A stretch of 59,847 nucleotides of DNA from Patescibacteria group bacterium (GTDB taxonomy: Bacteria; Patescibacteriota; Minisyncoccia; Phycocordibacterales; JACZSL01), in the NCBI GenBank assembly GCA_022561335.1, contig JADFRL010000001.1:1-59847 (forward strand). The letters are read 5' to 3'. The position numbers and the translations under genes are program-made. Shown one piece after another: positions 46,256 through 55,681 of this stretch. The notes beneath the pieces are model-generated. The model was not told where the DNA came from. It worked only from the letters and a program-made list of their open reading frames with translations, and did no database searches. Positions within the stretch are counted from its first letter, which is position 1, and every line of letters begins with the position of its first letter.

Positions 46256-47949
46256 TATCCTTTTGTAACCCTTAACACTTCTTCAATTGTCGTAACTCCA
46301 TTCAACACTTTCCCAATTCCATCTTCGACCATGGTTGTCATTCCGTTTTCTTTGGCTATTTTTAATATCTCGTCGCTACTAGCTCTATCGATTACTAATT
46401 GCTTAATATTTCCTCTCATAAGTAATACTTCAAAGACACCAATACGACCAATATATCCAGTACTTCCACATATTTTACAACCAGATCCCTTGAAAATCAC
46501 TAATTTATCTAGATTTCCGGCTCCTTTTGCAAGCAGTAGATTCATTGCAACGTCATTTCGTTTTACCATTTCTATCTCCTCTGAACTAAGATTGGCTGAT
46601 TTTCGACAACCCTGACAAATCTTTCTTACTAATCGCTGAGCAATTATCACATTTATAGTTGATGCTATTAAAAATGGCTCAATATCCATATCAAGTAACC
46701 TTGGCAAAGATGTGGCAGCATCATTTGCGTGTAGTGTGGAGAGAACTAGATGGCCAGTCATAGCTGAATTAGTTGCAATATCGGCCGTTTCCTTGTCACG
46801 AATCTCGCCAACCATAATAATGTCAGGGTCTTGACGAACAATGGCACGAAGTCCGTCAGCAAACATGAGATTAGTTTTCTTGTCTACCTGAATCTGGCTA
46901 ATACCCTCAATGTCATACTCGACCGGATCTTCAATTGTTGATATATGGACTTCTCTAGTGTTAAGGATTCTCAACACTGCATAGATTGTGGTTGTCTTGC
47001 CACTTCCCGTTGGACCGGTGACAAGAATCATGCCATGTGGATTATCTATGGCTTCCTGTACCTTCGATAGATCAGAGTCATTTAAACCAATATCACTTAA
47101 ATTAAACTGACGATTAGCAGCACTTAATAGCCTCAAGACAATATTTTCTCCCTCAACCACTGGTACAACAGAAACTCTAACATCGACACTACCACTACTG
47201 TCAACCTCAAAACGAAACTTACCGTCTTGTGCTGCTCGGTGTTCATCAGTGCGCATGCGCGACATAATTTTTATTCGAGTAAGAATCAGATCAAGAAGAT
47301 TATTTGGGATCTCAAGAACATCGTGCATAATTCCATCAATCCTGAAACGTATCAGTATTTTCCCCCGATGCGGTTCAATGTGTATATCAGAAGCTTTATT
47401 CTGGTAGCCATACGCAAGGAGCGTATCCACCACTTTGATAGTCATCTTGTCTCTCTCCTCTTGTGGTAAGGAAGGGTTCTTTAGCTCTTCAAGTATCTTT
47501 TCAAACTCTTCATACAAACTTGCCTTATATCTCGAGAGAACACCCTTCAAATCACGCTTCGTAATAAAATACGGAACAATATTCTCGCCCATACGTTTTT
47601 CGATGGCGTGGCGAGTCTCTATATCACCCGGCTCAATCATACCAACCTTCACACCATCTTCACTTCGACCAAATGCAACAACACCCATACGGCGCGCCAC
47701 AAGTTCTGGAATCATTTCAAAATGTGCCTCATCAAAAGCTTCGTTCCGCAAATTAACAAACGGGAAGCCTGTAATTTGTGCCAACAACTGTCCTAACTGC
47801 TCGTCTTTTATAAGATCTTCAGAAACCAAAATTTCCTCTATAGAAACACCATGTTCCTTTGCCTCATTGAGAGCCTCATTAAAATGTTCAATAGAAATGT
47901 GACCAGGACTCACCAAAATGTCTTTCAGTTTTTTCTCGTCAAAATACAT
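46255..47949 (-). CDS. pilB: Type IV pilus assembly ATPase PilB (GspE family)
   Basis: Walker A GPTGSGKTT, Asp box, CxxC..CxxC tetracysteine (CQGC...CKIC). Confidence 0.9.
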   Translation of the reverse strand: MYFDEKKLKDILVSPGHISIEHFNEALNEAKEHGVSIEEILVSEDLIKDEQLGQLLAQITGFPFVNLRNEAFDEAHFEMIPELVARRMGVVAFGRSEDGVKVGMIEPGDIETRHAIEKRMGENIVPYFITKRDLKGVLSRYKASLYEEFEKILEELKNPSLPQEERDKMTIKVVDTLLAYGYQNKASDIHIEPHRGKILIRFRIDGIMHDVLEIPNNLLDLILTRIKIMSRMRTDEHRAAQDGKFRFEVDSSGSVDVRVSVVPVVEGENIVLRLLSAANRQFNLSDIGLNDSDLSKVQEAIDNPHGMILVTGPTGSGKTTTIYAVLRILNTREVHISTIEDPVEYDIEGISQIQVDKKTNLMFADGLRAIVRQDPDIIMVGEIRDKETADIATNSAMTGHLVLSTLHANDAATSLPRLLDMDIEPFLIASTINVIIAQRLVRKICQGCRKSANLSSEEIEMVKRNDVAMNLLLAKGAGNLDKLVIFKGSGCKICGSTGYIGRIGVFEVLLMRGNIKQLVIDRASSDEILKIAKENGMTTMVEDGIGKVLNGVTTIEEVLRVTKG

Positions 47950-48030
47950 ACCTTATATAAAGTATAAACCAAAATACCCCACATGGGGATACACCAAAAA
48001 AATATAATCACGTGACTCCAATGATGGAGC

Positions 48031-48423
48031 TTATGTGTTAGATTTAGCGATGTAAAACTTTACTTTCTCGATTACCTGCTTCATTGATAAATTTGATTTG
48101 ATAAGGTAATCTACAGCTCCCAGCTCCTTAGCTTTTTTAACATCTGATTCTTGACCAAGATTTGATAGCACTATAATTGGTATTTTCTTGAAAATACTAC
48201 TTAGATTTATTTCCTCAAGAACCTCAAAACCATTCATTATTGGCATAACAAGATCAAGAAGAAGCAACTGAGGAGGCTCATTAGACATCTTCTCTAGAGC
48301 TTCCTTTCCATTCGTCGCAATCGTGACTTCAAAACCAGCACGTTTTAAACCGTCCCCATAGGCACGGCTAATAAACTTATCATCTTCTACTAATAATATT
48401 TTCCGTCTAGAACTTTCTTTCAT
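48031..48423 (-). CDS. Stand-alone response regulator receiver (CheY-like)
   Basis: ILLVEDD, LLLLDLVMP (phospho-Asp), LSNLG, K near the C-terminus. No output domain. Confidence 0.85.
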   Translation of the reverse strand: MKESSRRKILLVEDDKFISRAYGDGLKRAGFEVTIATNGKEALEKMSNEPPQLLLLDLVMPIMNGFEVLEEINLSSIFKKIPIIVLSNLGQESDVKKAKELGAVDYLIKSNLSMKQVIEKVKFYIAKSNT

Positions 48424-48817
48424 ACGTTACTTTTTGTGGAAAGAAAATACCATTAATCCAACCGGTCAAGTATGCAAGCGAAGTATCCGCCTTTACAAAG
48501 TAGATCATGGCCCCTGCTTGTGCCGCTTCTTTTACTTTTTCTCCTCCTCCTACATTCGTCAGCATAATAACAGGTATTTCTTTTGTCTCTATATCATCCT
48601 TTAATTTAATTAAAACAGATATGCCATCCAATTTTGGCATCAATATATCCAATAAAATTAAATCGGGATGAAATATCTTCACTTTTTCTAACGCATCTTC
48701 ACCATCAAGTGAGATACCCACATCATAACCGGCTCTCATGAAATGATCTTTGTATGCCCGTACAAGTGTTTCGTCATCTTCGATGAGTAGAATTTTTAGT
48801 TTATTATTTTCAGACAT
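48407..48817 (-). CDS. Stand-alone response regulator receiver (CheY-like)
   Basis: ILLIEDD, LILLDILMP, MLTNVGG. The ATG at 48817 (MSENNKLK) is preferred. Confidence 0.8.
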   Translation of the reverse strand: MSENNKLKILLIEDDETLVRAYKDHFMRAGYDVGISLDGEDALEKVKIFHPDLILLDILMPKLDGISVLIKLKDDIETKEIPVIMLTNVGGGEKVKEAAQAGAMIYFVKADTSLAYLTGWINGIFFPQKVTYERKF

Positions 48818-48942
48818 AGGGATGATCGTTGAGCATAAAGCAAACTGCAATGTATATGCTTCTTTTGCTAGATCTTGCTTAGCATTATAATCATCTCGAC
48901 CTCTTCCATTGCAATTAGTATATTATATATATAGTCAAACAA

Positions 48943-50058
48943 TCAAGCCAAACCTTGTTCACCACTCCTTTTTTTCATCCCTTTCAAAGGAATCTCAACG
49001 TAAAAAGTAGTTCCTTTTCCAATACCTTCAGATTCAAACCAAACCTTACCACCGAACGCATCTGTGATCATTTTTACTAAATACAAACCTAGTCCCGTTC
49101 CTTTGGTTACAGATTTAACCGCATTATCCGTCCTATAAAATCTTTCGAATATTCTTTTCTGATCTTTTTTTGCAATACCAGTCCCAAAGTCTTTAACACT
49201 AACAATAAAATTGTTATTTTTTTGTTCTAGTCGCACAATAATATCGCACCGTTTTCCCTCGGAGTACTGAATAGCATTGTCTAACAAGTTGCCAACTATC
49301 TCACCAAAGAGGACTGGGTCGAGAAAGGTGTCGCTTGAATGCAGATCTCCTACCTCAAATTTGATATTACATTTTTTATCTTCCGCTAAATACTTATGTT
49401 CTTTAACGATTTTGTCAATGAGTTTTACGATGTTGTTTATCACCGGTTCAATACGCAGCCTCCCCTCCTCGAGACGGGATACGTTCAAAAGATCATTGAC
49501 CAAAGCTGCCATTCTATCAGTTGAATCATGTATATTTTGTAAATACTCTTTTTGTTTACCTTGAAGATTACCTACTTCTCCACTTAAAAGCATCTCCGAA
49601 AATAATTTTATTGCAGTGAGCGGAGTTCTTAACTGATGCGATGCTAACGACACAAATTCGGTTTTCATGCGATCGACTGCCTGGAGTTGAGTAATATCGT
49701 AAAAAATGAAAGCGCCGCCACTAATAGCATACTTATCATTCCGTATAGGTGTGACAACTAATTCAAACACTTTTTCTCCAAGCAGAACCTGTTTGAAAAA
49801 AACCGCCTTACCTCCTTGGTGCAACACCTTTTCCATTACAAACGAGAGGTCTAATATTATTGTTGTGTGCATTTTTGTATCCCTTTCTTTTCGAAAAAGA
49901 TTGATAAAATCTTTCAGCACAGCATCTCCACGGTAAACGCCTGTCATACTTCGTATAAAAGGATTCGCGAGGATAAGATTGCTCTCATTGTCAAACATCA
50001 ACACCCCCACGGTCATTGTCCGGAGGAGATCAAAAATGAGTTGTCTACTTGTATCCAT
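48943..50058 (-). CDS. Cytoplasmic sensor histidine kinase (PAS-like + HisKA + HATPase_c)
   Basis: H box SHQLRTPLTAI, N box LLDNAIQYS, G boxes DFGTGI and GTGLGLYLV. No TM helix. Confidence 0.85.
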   Translation of the reverse strand: MDTSRQLIFDLLRTMTVGVLMFDNESNLILANPFIRSMTGVYRGDAVLKDFINLFRKERDTKMHTTIILDLSFVMEKVLHQGGKAVFFKQVLLGEKVFELVVTPIRNDKYAISGGAFIFYDITQLQAVDRMKTEFVSLASHQLRTPLTAIKLFSEMLLSGEVGNLQGKQKEYLQNIHDSTDRMAALVNDLLNVSRLEEGRLRIEPVINNIVKLIDKIVKEHKYLAEDKKCNIKFEVGDLHSSDTFLDPVLFGEIVGNLLDNAIQYSEGKRCDIIVRLEQKNNNFIVSVKDFGTGIAKKDQKRIFERFYRTDNAVKSVTKGTGLGLYLVKMITDAFGGKVWFESEGIGKGTTFYVEIPLKGMKKRSGEQGLA

Positions 50059-50233
50059 ACTATTTAATTACTTAAATATTCTTTCGTTGTCGTCAAGGTC
50101 TACCTAATCATTCTGGTAATATTTGGTATTTTTATTTATCCATACAACAATTGTATCACTCACCAAACCAATAACCACACGAAGGTTGTGGTTTTCGGTG
50201 CTAAGTACGTCCTGTAAACTATACCTTAATTTG

Positions 50234-50304
50234 TTGCGGGGCCGGGAATTGCACCCGGGCCTGGAGGTTATGAGCCTCCCGAGGTACTACTCCTCCACCC
50301 CGCT
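50234..50304 (-). tRNA. Initiator tRNA-fMet (anticodon CAU)
   Basis: Aligns to the E. coli tRNA-fMet pattern (xGCGGGGUGGAG...CUCAUAA...CCCCGCAA) with a 1:72 mismatch (A-A). The T loop reads UGCAAUU. No encoded CCA. Confidence 0.8.
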
Positions 50305-50516
50305 ATGTTTAATACTTATTCTGGAATACTGCTTTAACTCTCGGTATATCAACAAGTCGGCTACGCCTTCCGGTTATAAGTCCGAGGGATTTATAACCCA
50401 CTCCCCTGCCCGCAATGCTTCGCTTTGCTTGCATAGCGTTGCAGGCGGGTCCACCACGTCGTGAGTACAATAATGTTTTCTTATTGTACTCGGGAAAAAA
50501 GAAAAAGCAAATACAA

Positions 50517-51872
50517 TTAAATAATATGAAATTCAGCAAACACCTGCCGATACAGATCGATGACTCGCCGTGTCTCACGCTGCGTCAAAATATAATCACT
50601 CCCCTCATGCGCAATGACATTGCGAATTTTATGCGCCTCCCAAGCCTGATTCAGTGTCAAGAAGTCACTCTGTTCAATCCCTTTGAGCTTCTCACCTAAG
50701 TTTTCTCCGTGATATCCTATTTTTGTAACAAGCTCGTTTAACAACACATCTCCTTCAAGAATAGCCAGACGCCACTCATGGGGACTGCTGGACTCGGCAT
50801 AGTCTACTACTTTTTCCCACCGTGGATTTTTGCCCTCTTCTCCATCGTGGGGTAATACAGAAAGAGGGCCAAACATTTCATATTCTTTTGCATTGACCTT
50901 GTAAAGGCGAACGACGACATAGATGATTCCCGCCAGCAGAATAAGAGATACGATTGTCGATATGGTAGAAAATGTGGTGCCTACCAGGATAATTAAATTG
51001 ACAACGGGTGTTTTCCTCTCGAGTGCGTCTTCAGACACAAAGCCAATTACGCCGTCTTTAAATTCAACTTCCCAAAACCTCTTTCCTTCTACGGCAACAG
51101 GACCTCCGATAATAACACCTTCGACGCCTGCCAATTGTTCTCCGATAATCGTACCATAAATGGGATGGCTTAGTATTGATGCAGTCTCTGTAATTTGGAC
51201 ACGGACACCAAGAGGAGTATTTTCTTTGATGGCTTTTACGTCGGCAGTGGTGTCTATCTCAAGTTCACTTTCAAGAATCCACCCCGCATCTCCATTTCCG
51301 TAGCGAACACGCCACCACCGCTTCCCGAAAGAATATGAAGGGCCCCCTATTACAGTTCCCAATGCATCACTTTCTTGTTTGGAAATCACTCTTCCGCCTG
51401 GACGATCTCTCACCTGGGTTAACGCTATACTTTTTATTTTAGTGCCAAGCGGCGTATTTTCTTTAAGAGTCTTCCGGTCTCTTGCAATGTCAATTCTAAT
51501 ATCATCCTCAGAGACCCAGCCGCTTACGCCGTCTTCGTATTTCACCTCAAACCACAGCTCGCCGAGGATGAGTACGGGCCCTCCTACCACTTCCCCACGC
51601 TTGCCAGCGCGAATCTCTCTTTGTAATTCTCCCCCGCCTGGCTTGCTCCACAGTTCTGCCCCCAAAGTATTTTTTATTTTTGTATTAAGGGGCGTTTCTG
51701 CTGAAAGTGCCCTCGTAGTTTGAAACGTTTCTGAAAAAAAAGTTGTGTCTATGCCAAACTTCTGCTCCAGCCCCTCTCCCAGGCCAGAAAGGGCCCGAAT
51801 CAACAAAAGAAAAAGGATGAGCCCTATGACCAGCCCTGCAAAGTCGACTCTTTTGCTTTCGTTTCCCGCCAT
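50517..51872 (-). CDS. Two-TM protein with three SH3b-like repeats outside and a C-terminal domain carrying an R-x4-H motif
   Basis: Three ~62-aa repeats (..G.VIGGP....G..WW.V.Y..G..GW..E..L). A second TM, then ..AHKIRNVIAHEG.. Confidence 0.55.
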   Translation of the reverse strand: MAGNESKRVDFAGLVIGLILFLLLIRALSGLGEGLEQKFGIDTTFFSETFQTTRALSAETPLNTKIKNTLGAELWSKPGGGELQREIRAGKRGEVVGGPVLILGELWFEVKYEDGVSGWVSEDDIRIDIARDRKTLKENTPLGTKIKSIALTQVRDRPGGRVISKQESDALGTVIGGPSYSFGKRWWRVRYGNGDAGWILESELEIDTTADVKAIKENTPLGVRVQITETASILSHPIYGTIIGEQLAGVEGVIIGGPVAVEGKRFWEVEFKDGVIGFVSEDALERKTPVVNLIILVGTTFSTISTIVSLILLAGIIYVVVRLYKVNAKEYEMFGPLSVLPHDGEEGKNPRWEKVVDYAESSSPHEWRLAILEGDVLLNELVTKIGYHGENLGEKLKGIEQSDFLTLNQAWEAHKIRNVIAHEGSDYILTQRETRRVIDLYRQVFAEFHII

Positions 51873-51878
51873 GTCAAT

Positions 51879-53318
51879 TTAGTGTATTTGCTCAATGCTT
51901 TTCCCAATTGCAAATAATCGATCCTCGCAAAGTATTGGTGCTGTAATCTGAAATCCTACGGGCAACGTTGCTCCTTTATCCAGAACAGTCCCCATGGGCA
52001 CCGACAAAGCCGGCAGTCCTGTAATATTTGCAGGAACTGTAAAAATATCTGATAGATACATCGAAAGAGGGTCACTCTTTTCACCAATTCCAAATGCAGG
52101 TGTTGGTGTGGTAGGAGTCGCAATCACATCGACGCCGTCCCCGGACACATCAAAAGCTTGATTAAAATCATCCTTAATCAATCTTCTCACCGCATTGGCT
52201 TTTCCATAATACGTATCATAATACCCTGCTGAGAGTATATAGGTGCCTAAGAGAATGCGTCTGCGTACTTCTTTACCAAATCCTCTACCTCGGCTTTTCA
52301 CATAATCATCAAATAAATTTTCCCCTTCTACGTGCAGTCCGTATCGAACACCGTCAAACCTCGCGAGATTTGTTGAAGCCTCAGCGGGCATGATAATGTA
52401 ATAGGCTGAAAGACAGTACTTCACATTTGGAAGCTCTATATCTTTAATAGTATGCCCTTTCGATTCTAATTCCTTTAGTGTTTTATCAAACTGCAAGAGA
52501 ACTTCTCTGTCAACACCTCTCTCAAAAAAGCCGCGCGGCACACCTATGGTGTACGTAGTATCTTGGGAAACCTCTCGGGGATACCGATCGTTAGGAATTG
52601 ATGTGCTGTCTAAAGGATCTTCTCCTCTTATTACATTAAATACCAACTCCACATCCGAAACAGTCCGCCCTATAGGGCCAATCTGATCAAGAGACGAACC
52701 TAGAGCAATGAGCCCATGCCGCGACACGGTTCCATAGGTTGATTTAAGACCCACACAACCGCAGAAACTCGCCGGCTGTCTGATAGAGCCGCCCGTGTCA
52801 GATCCAAGTGCTACCGGCGCCATTCCGGAGGCAACCGCTGCTGCTGATCCCCCCGAAGAGCCCCCTGGTACACGCGTCATGTCATGCGGGTTTTTCGTAA
52901 TAGTAAACGCAGAGTGTTCCGTCGACGAACCCATGGCAAACTCATCCATATTAGTTCTCCCGAGAAATACTGCGCCGGCATCTTTAAGCTTGCGTATAAC
53001 CGTCGCACTGTAGGCAGCCTTATACTTTTCAAGTATTTTAGAGCCCGCACTCACGTGCTTTCCCTCAATAAGAATATTGTCCTTAAGCGCAATGGGAATA
53101 CCCGTAAGGGTAGACCCCTCTCCTCTCTTTAGACGTTTGTCGGCTTTATCAGCCTGCCTCAGCACGTCATCAAATACTTCCAGATACGCATCTACATCAG
53201 AATTTTTATCATCAATTATTTTTAAATACCCCTCGGAAAGCTCCCGCGCCGAAAAATCTTTGGAAGAGAGACCCTCCACGAGTTCTGCAAGGGATAACGT
53301 GGTGAATTCGATTGACAT
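51879..53318 (-). CDS. gatA: Asp/Glu-tRNA amidotransferase subunit A
   Basis: Amidase signature GGSSGGSAAAVA and GSDTGGSIRQPA. Confidence 0.95.
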   Translation of the reverse strand: MSIEFTTLSLAELVEGLSSKDFSARELSEGYLKIIDDKNSDVDAYLEVFDDVLRQADKADKRLKRGEGSTLTGIPIALKDNILIEGKHVSAGSKILEKYKAAYSATVIRKLKDAGAVFLGRTNMDEFAMGSSTEHSAFTITKNPHDMTRVPGGSSGGSAAAVASGMAPVALGSDTGGSIRQPASFCGCVGLKSTYGTVSRHGLIALGSSLDQIGPIGRTVSDVELVFNVIRGEDPLDSTSIPNDRYPREVSQDTTYTIGVPRGFFERGVDREVLLQFDKTLKELESKGHTIKDIELPNVKYCLSAYYIIMPAEASTNLARFDGVRYGLHVEGENLFDDYVKSRGRGFGKEVRRRILLGTYILSAGYYDTYYGKANAVRRLIKDDFNQAFDVSGDGVDVIATPTTPTPAFGIGEKSDPLSMYLSDIFTVPANITGLPALSVPMGTVLDKGATLPVGFQITAPILCEDRLFAIGKSIEQIH

Positions 53319-53320
53319 AG

Positions 53321-53611
53321 TTATTCTTGATTTAAGATTTTTTTCACTTTAAGAAATCCTTTCTCCTCTTTCGGCATCGCCTCAAGAAGCACGTCCGTAA
53401 ATACCCCACTCTCATGGGGATCTTTGTCCTCCCGCATAACATTAGTGAGAAGTTGACCATCGCTTGCCAAAATGTCAGATGACACTTTTTGGATCTCAGA
53501 AATATAGGCAAGGATGGACTCTATCTCTTTTGTGAGCGTTTCTTTTTCCGCATAACTAATTTCAATACGGCTAAGCTCTGCCAATTTCTCTACTTCTTTT
53601 TTCTTAATCAT
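53321..53611 (-). CDS. gatC: Asp/Glu-tRNA amidotransferase subunit C
   Basis: 96 aa. VEKLAELSRIEIS.. pattern. Immediately upstream of gatA. Confidence 0.85.
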   Translation of the reverse strand: MIKKKEVEKLAELSRIEISYAEKETLTKEIESILAYISEIQKVSSDILASDGQLLTNVMREDKDPHESGVFTDVLLEAMPKEEKGFLKVKKILNQE

Positions 53612-53623
53612 TAGACTAGAGTA

Positions 53624-55681
53624 CTAATTTGATATCATCTTTGCAAACTCTTCTTCACCTACTATGGCAACTCGAAGCGCCTGTGCTTTATTAAATTTAG
53701 AACCCGGACTATCACCCGCTATAACATAGTCTACTTTTTTTGAAACAGAACTCGTTACGCTTCCGCCCCGAGCACGAATTTTTTCTTTTGCTTCTTCCCT
53801 CGTAAAAGTTTTCAACGTGCCCGTTAAAACAAATACCTTTCCAGCAAAAGTCTTTTTGGGAAACTCCCTCCCATGTGTCTCCTGGACGGTTACCTGTTTA
53901 AGCAAGTGTTTGAGCATTTTCTTATTATGACTTTGCCTAAACCAAGAATAGATTGAACCCGCAACAACTTCGCCAACACCCTCAATTGCTTCAAGGTCCC
54001 CCCTTGATGCCTCCTCTAGATTCCTGAGCATACCAAAGTGGAGCGCTAAGTCATGCGCCGTTTCTTCTCCTACTTGAGCAATGGAGAGGCCTATGAGAAG
54101 ACGCGATAGAGAGACGGTGCGTGCTTGATCAATTGCACGCAATAAATTGTCTGCTAACTTGTCAGCGAAACCAGGAAGTCCGTCAAAATCTCCTTTTTCA
54201 AGCGTAAAGATATCAGCATACGTCGCTATCAGATTATTCTCAAGCAATGCATCGATAATGCGCGGTCCCAGACCGTCAATGGCCAGAGCTTTTTTTGAAA
54301 CAAAGTAGTAAAATTTTTGCTTTTGTTGTGCAAATGAATCCCTATTAACACATCGATAGGCCGCTTGCCCAGGAACACGCTCGATACGGCCATCGCTCCC
54401 GCAAGAAGATACTCTTTTAGGAAAGATAAACCTCTTTTCTCTGCCTGTACGCAGTTTCTTTACCACTTCTACAATATCAGGAATAACGTCACCTGCTTTT
54501 TGAAGTATTACCGTGTCACCTATGCGTACATCGAGCCGTTTTATTTCATCTTCATTATGAAGTGTTGCCCTCCTAACTACCGAGCCTGCAACGTGAACGG
54601 GGCGAAGATGAGCTACGGGTGTCAGCACACCTGTCCTCCCCACTTGAAGAACAATGTCTATTACCTTGGTTGTTACCTGCTCCGCAGGGAATTTATATGC
54701 TACGGCGAAACGAGGGGCTTTCCCGGTATACCCAAGCCGTGCTTGAAACTCCTTAGAATTTACCTTCACCACAATGCCGTCAACACCAAAATCAACGTTC
54801 TTCCTCTTAGAAACCCACAAAGTATAAAATTGCTCAACTGCCAAAAGACGCCCCCTTAATGTATAATGTTTCTCAATCTTAAAACCAAGCATGGAGAGAA
54901 GTTCAAGTTCTTCAATCTGTGTTTTGGGTGCAACAACACTATCTTTCCCTGAGAGTAATATAGTTATATCGTACATAAATGTATCGAGCCGCCGTTTTGC
55001 AGTGACGTTAGGGTCAAGCTGACGCAGTGTGCCGGCAGCGGCATTTCGCGGATTAGCAAACAATGGTTCGTTACCTTTTTTACGCTCCTTATTGATACGC
55101 TTAAACTCAGTACCGGGAAGCCACACTTCTCCTTCGACTACAATGTCAATTTGCTTTTCGAGCTTAAGGGGAATACTGCCGATTGTCCTGAGATTGTGTG
55201 TTATGTCCTCTCCTACAGTGCCGTCACCGCGAGTCGCACCACGAACAAAAACACCATTCTTGTACACAAGCACAATCTTGAGTCCGTCAATTTTAAGTTC
55301 ACAACAGTAACTAAGATCAGATGCGTCTACTTGAGAATCTTTTTTGAGTATGCGCAGTATTTTCTCCTCCCACTGAGCAAGCTCGGTAGCGTCAAAAACA
55401 TTATCAAGCGACCACTGACGAACCTCGTGCTTTACTTTCATAAACGTCTCGAGCGGCTTACCTCCTATTCGAACGGTGGGACTCGACTCGACTCTAAGTT
55501 TTGGATACTGTTCCTCAAGACCATGCAGTTCACGCATGAGTGAGTCATACGCCTCGTCAGTTATCTCAGGTTTATCAAGTACGTAGTAGAGATGTCCGTG
55601 ATAATTTAAGATTTCTCGCAGTTGTTCAATTCTTTTTTGTACTTTAACAGGTACGTGAAAATCATTGCTCATAGAAATCAA
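53624..55681 (-). CDS. ligA: NAD-dependent DNA ligase
   Basis: Adenylation motif CELKIDG, zinc finger, HhH and BRCT regions. 685 aa. Confidence 0.95.
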   Translation of the reverse strand: MISMSNDFHVPVKVQKRIEQLREILNYHGHLYYVLDKPEITDEAYDSLMRELHGLEEQYPKLRVESSPTVRIGGKPLETFMKVKHEVRQWSLDNVFDATELAQWEEKILRILKKDSQVDASDLSYCCELKIDGLKIVLVYKNGVFVRGATRGDGTVGEDITHNLRTIGSIPLKLEKQIDIVVEGEVWLPGTEFKRINKERKKGNEPLFANPRNAAAGTLRQLDPNVTAKRRLDTFMYDITILLSGKDSVVAPKTQIEELELLSMLGFKIEKHYTLRGRLLAVEQFYTLWVSKRKNVDFGVDGIVVKVNSKEFQARLGYTGKAPRFAVAYKFPAEQVTTKVIDIVLQVGRTGVLTPVAHLRPVHVAGSVVRRATLHNEDEIKRLDVRIGDTVILQKAGDVIPDIVEVVKKLRTGREKRFIFPKRVSSCGSDGRIERVPGQAAYRCVNRDSFAQQKQKFYYFVSKKALAIDGLGPRIIDALLENNLIATYADIFTLEKGDFDGLPGFADKLADNLLRAIDQARTVSLSRLLIGLSIAQVGEETAHDLALHFGMLRNLEEASRGDLEAIEGVGEVVAGSIYSWFRQSHNKKMLKHLLKQVTVQETHGREFPKKTFAGKVFVLTGTLKTFTREEAKEKIRARGGSVTSSVSKKVDYVIAGDSPGSKFNKAQALRVAIVGEEEFAKMISN

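Larger units (their letters stand above)
39341..50233 (-). mobile_element. Candidate ~10.9-kb island between the intact initiator tRNA and its displaced 3' half, carrying pilus set A + two-component genes. No recombinase
   Basis: Geometry of the 41-nt direct repeats. Otherwise inference. Confidence 0.3.

Noticed and set aside
50353-50388. SRP-RNA-like hairpin with a GGAA tetraloop (minus strand CCUCGGACUUAUAACC-GGAA-GGCGUAGCCGACUUG) upstream of tRNA-fMet
   Set aside because: The conserved symmetric-loop nucleotides (AGG / AGCA) flanking the tetraloop are absent, and the stem pairs poorly.
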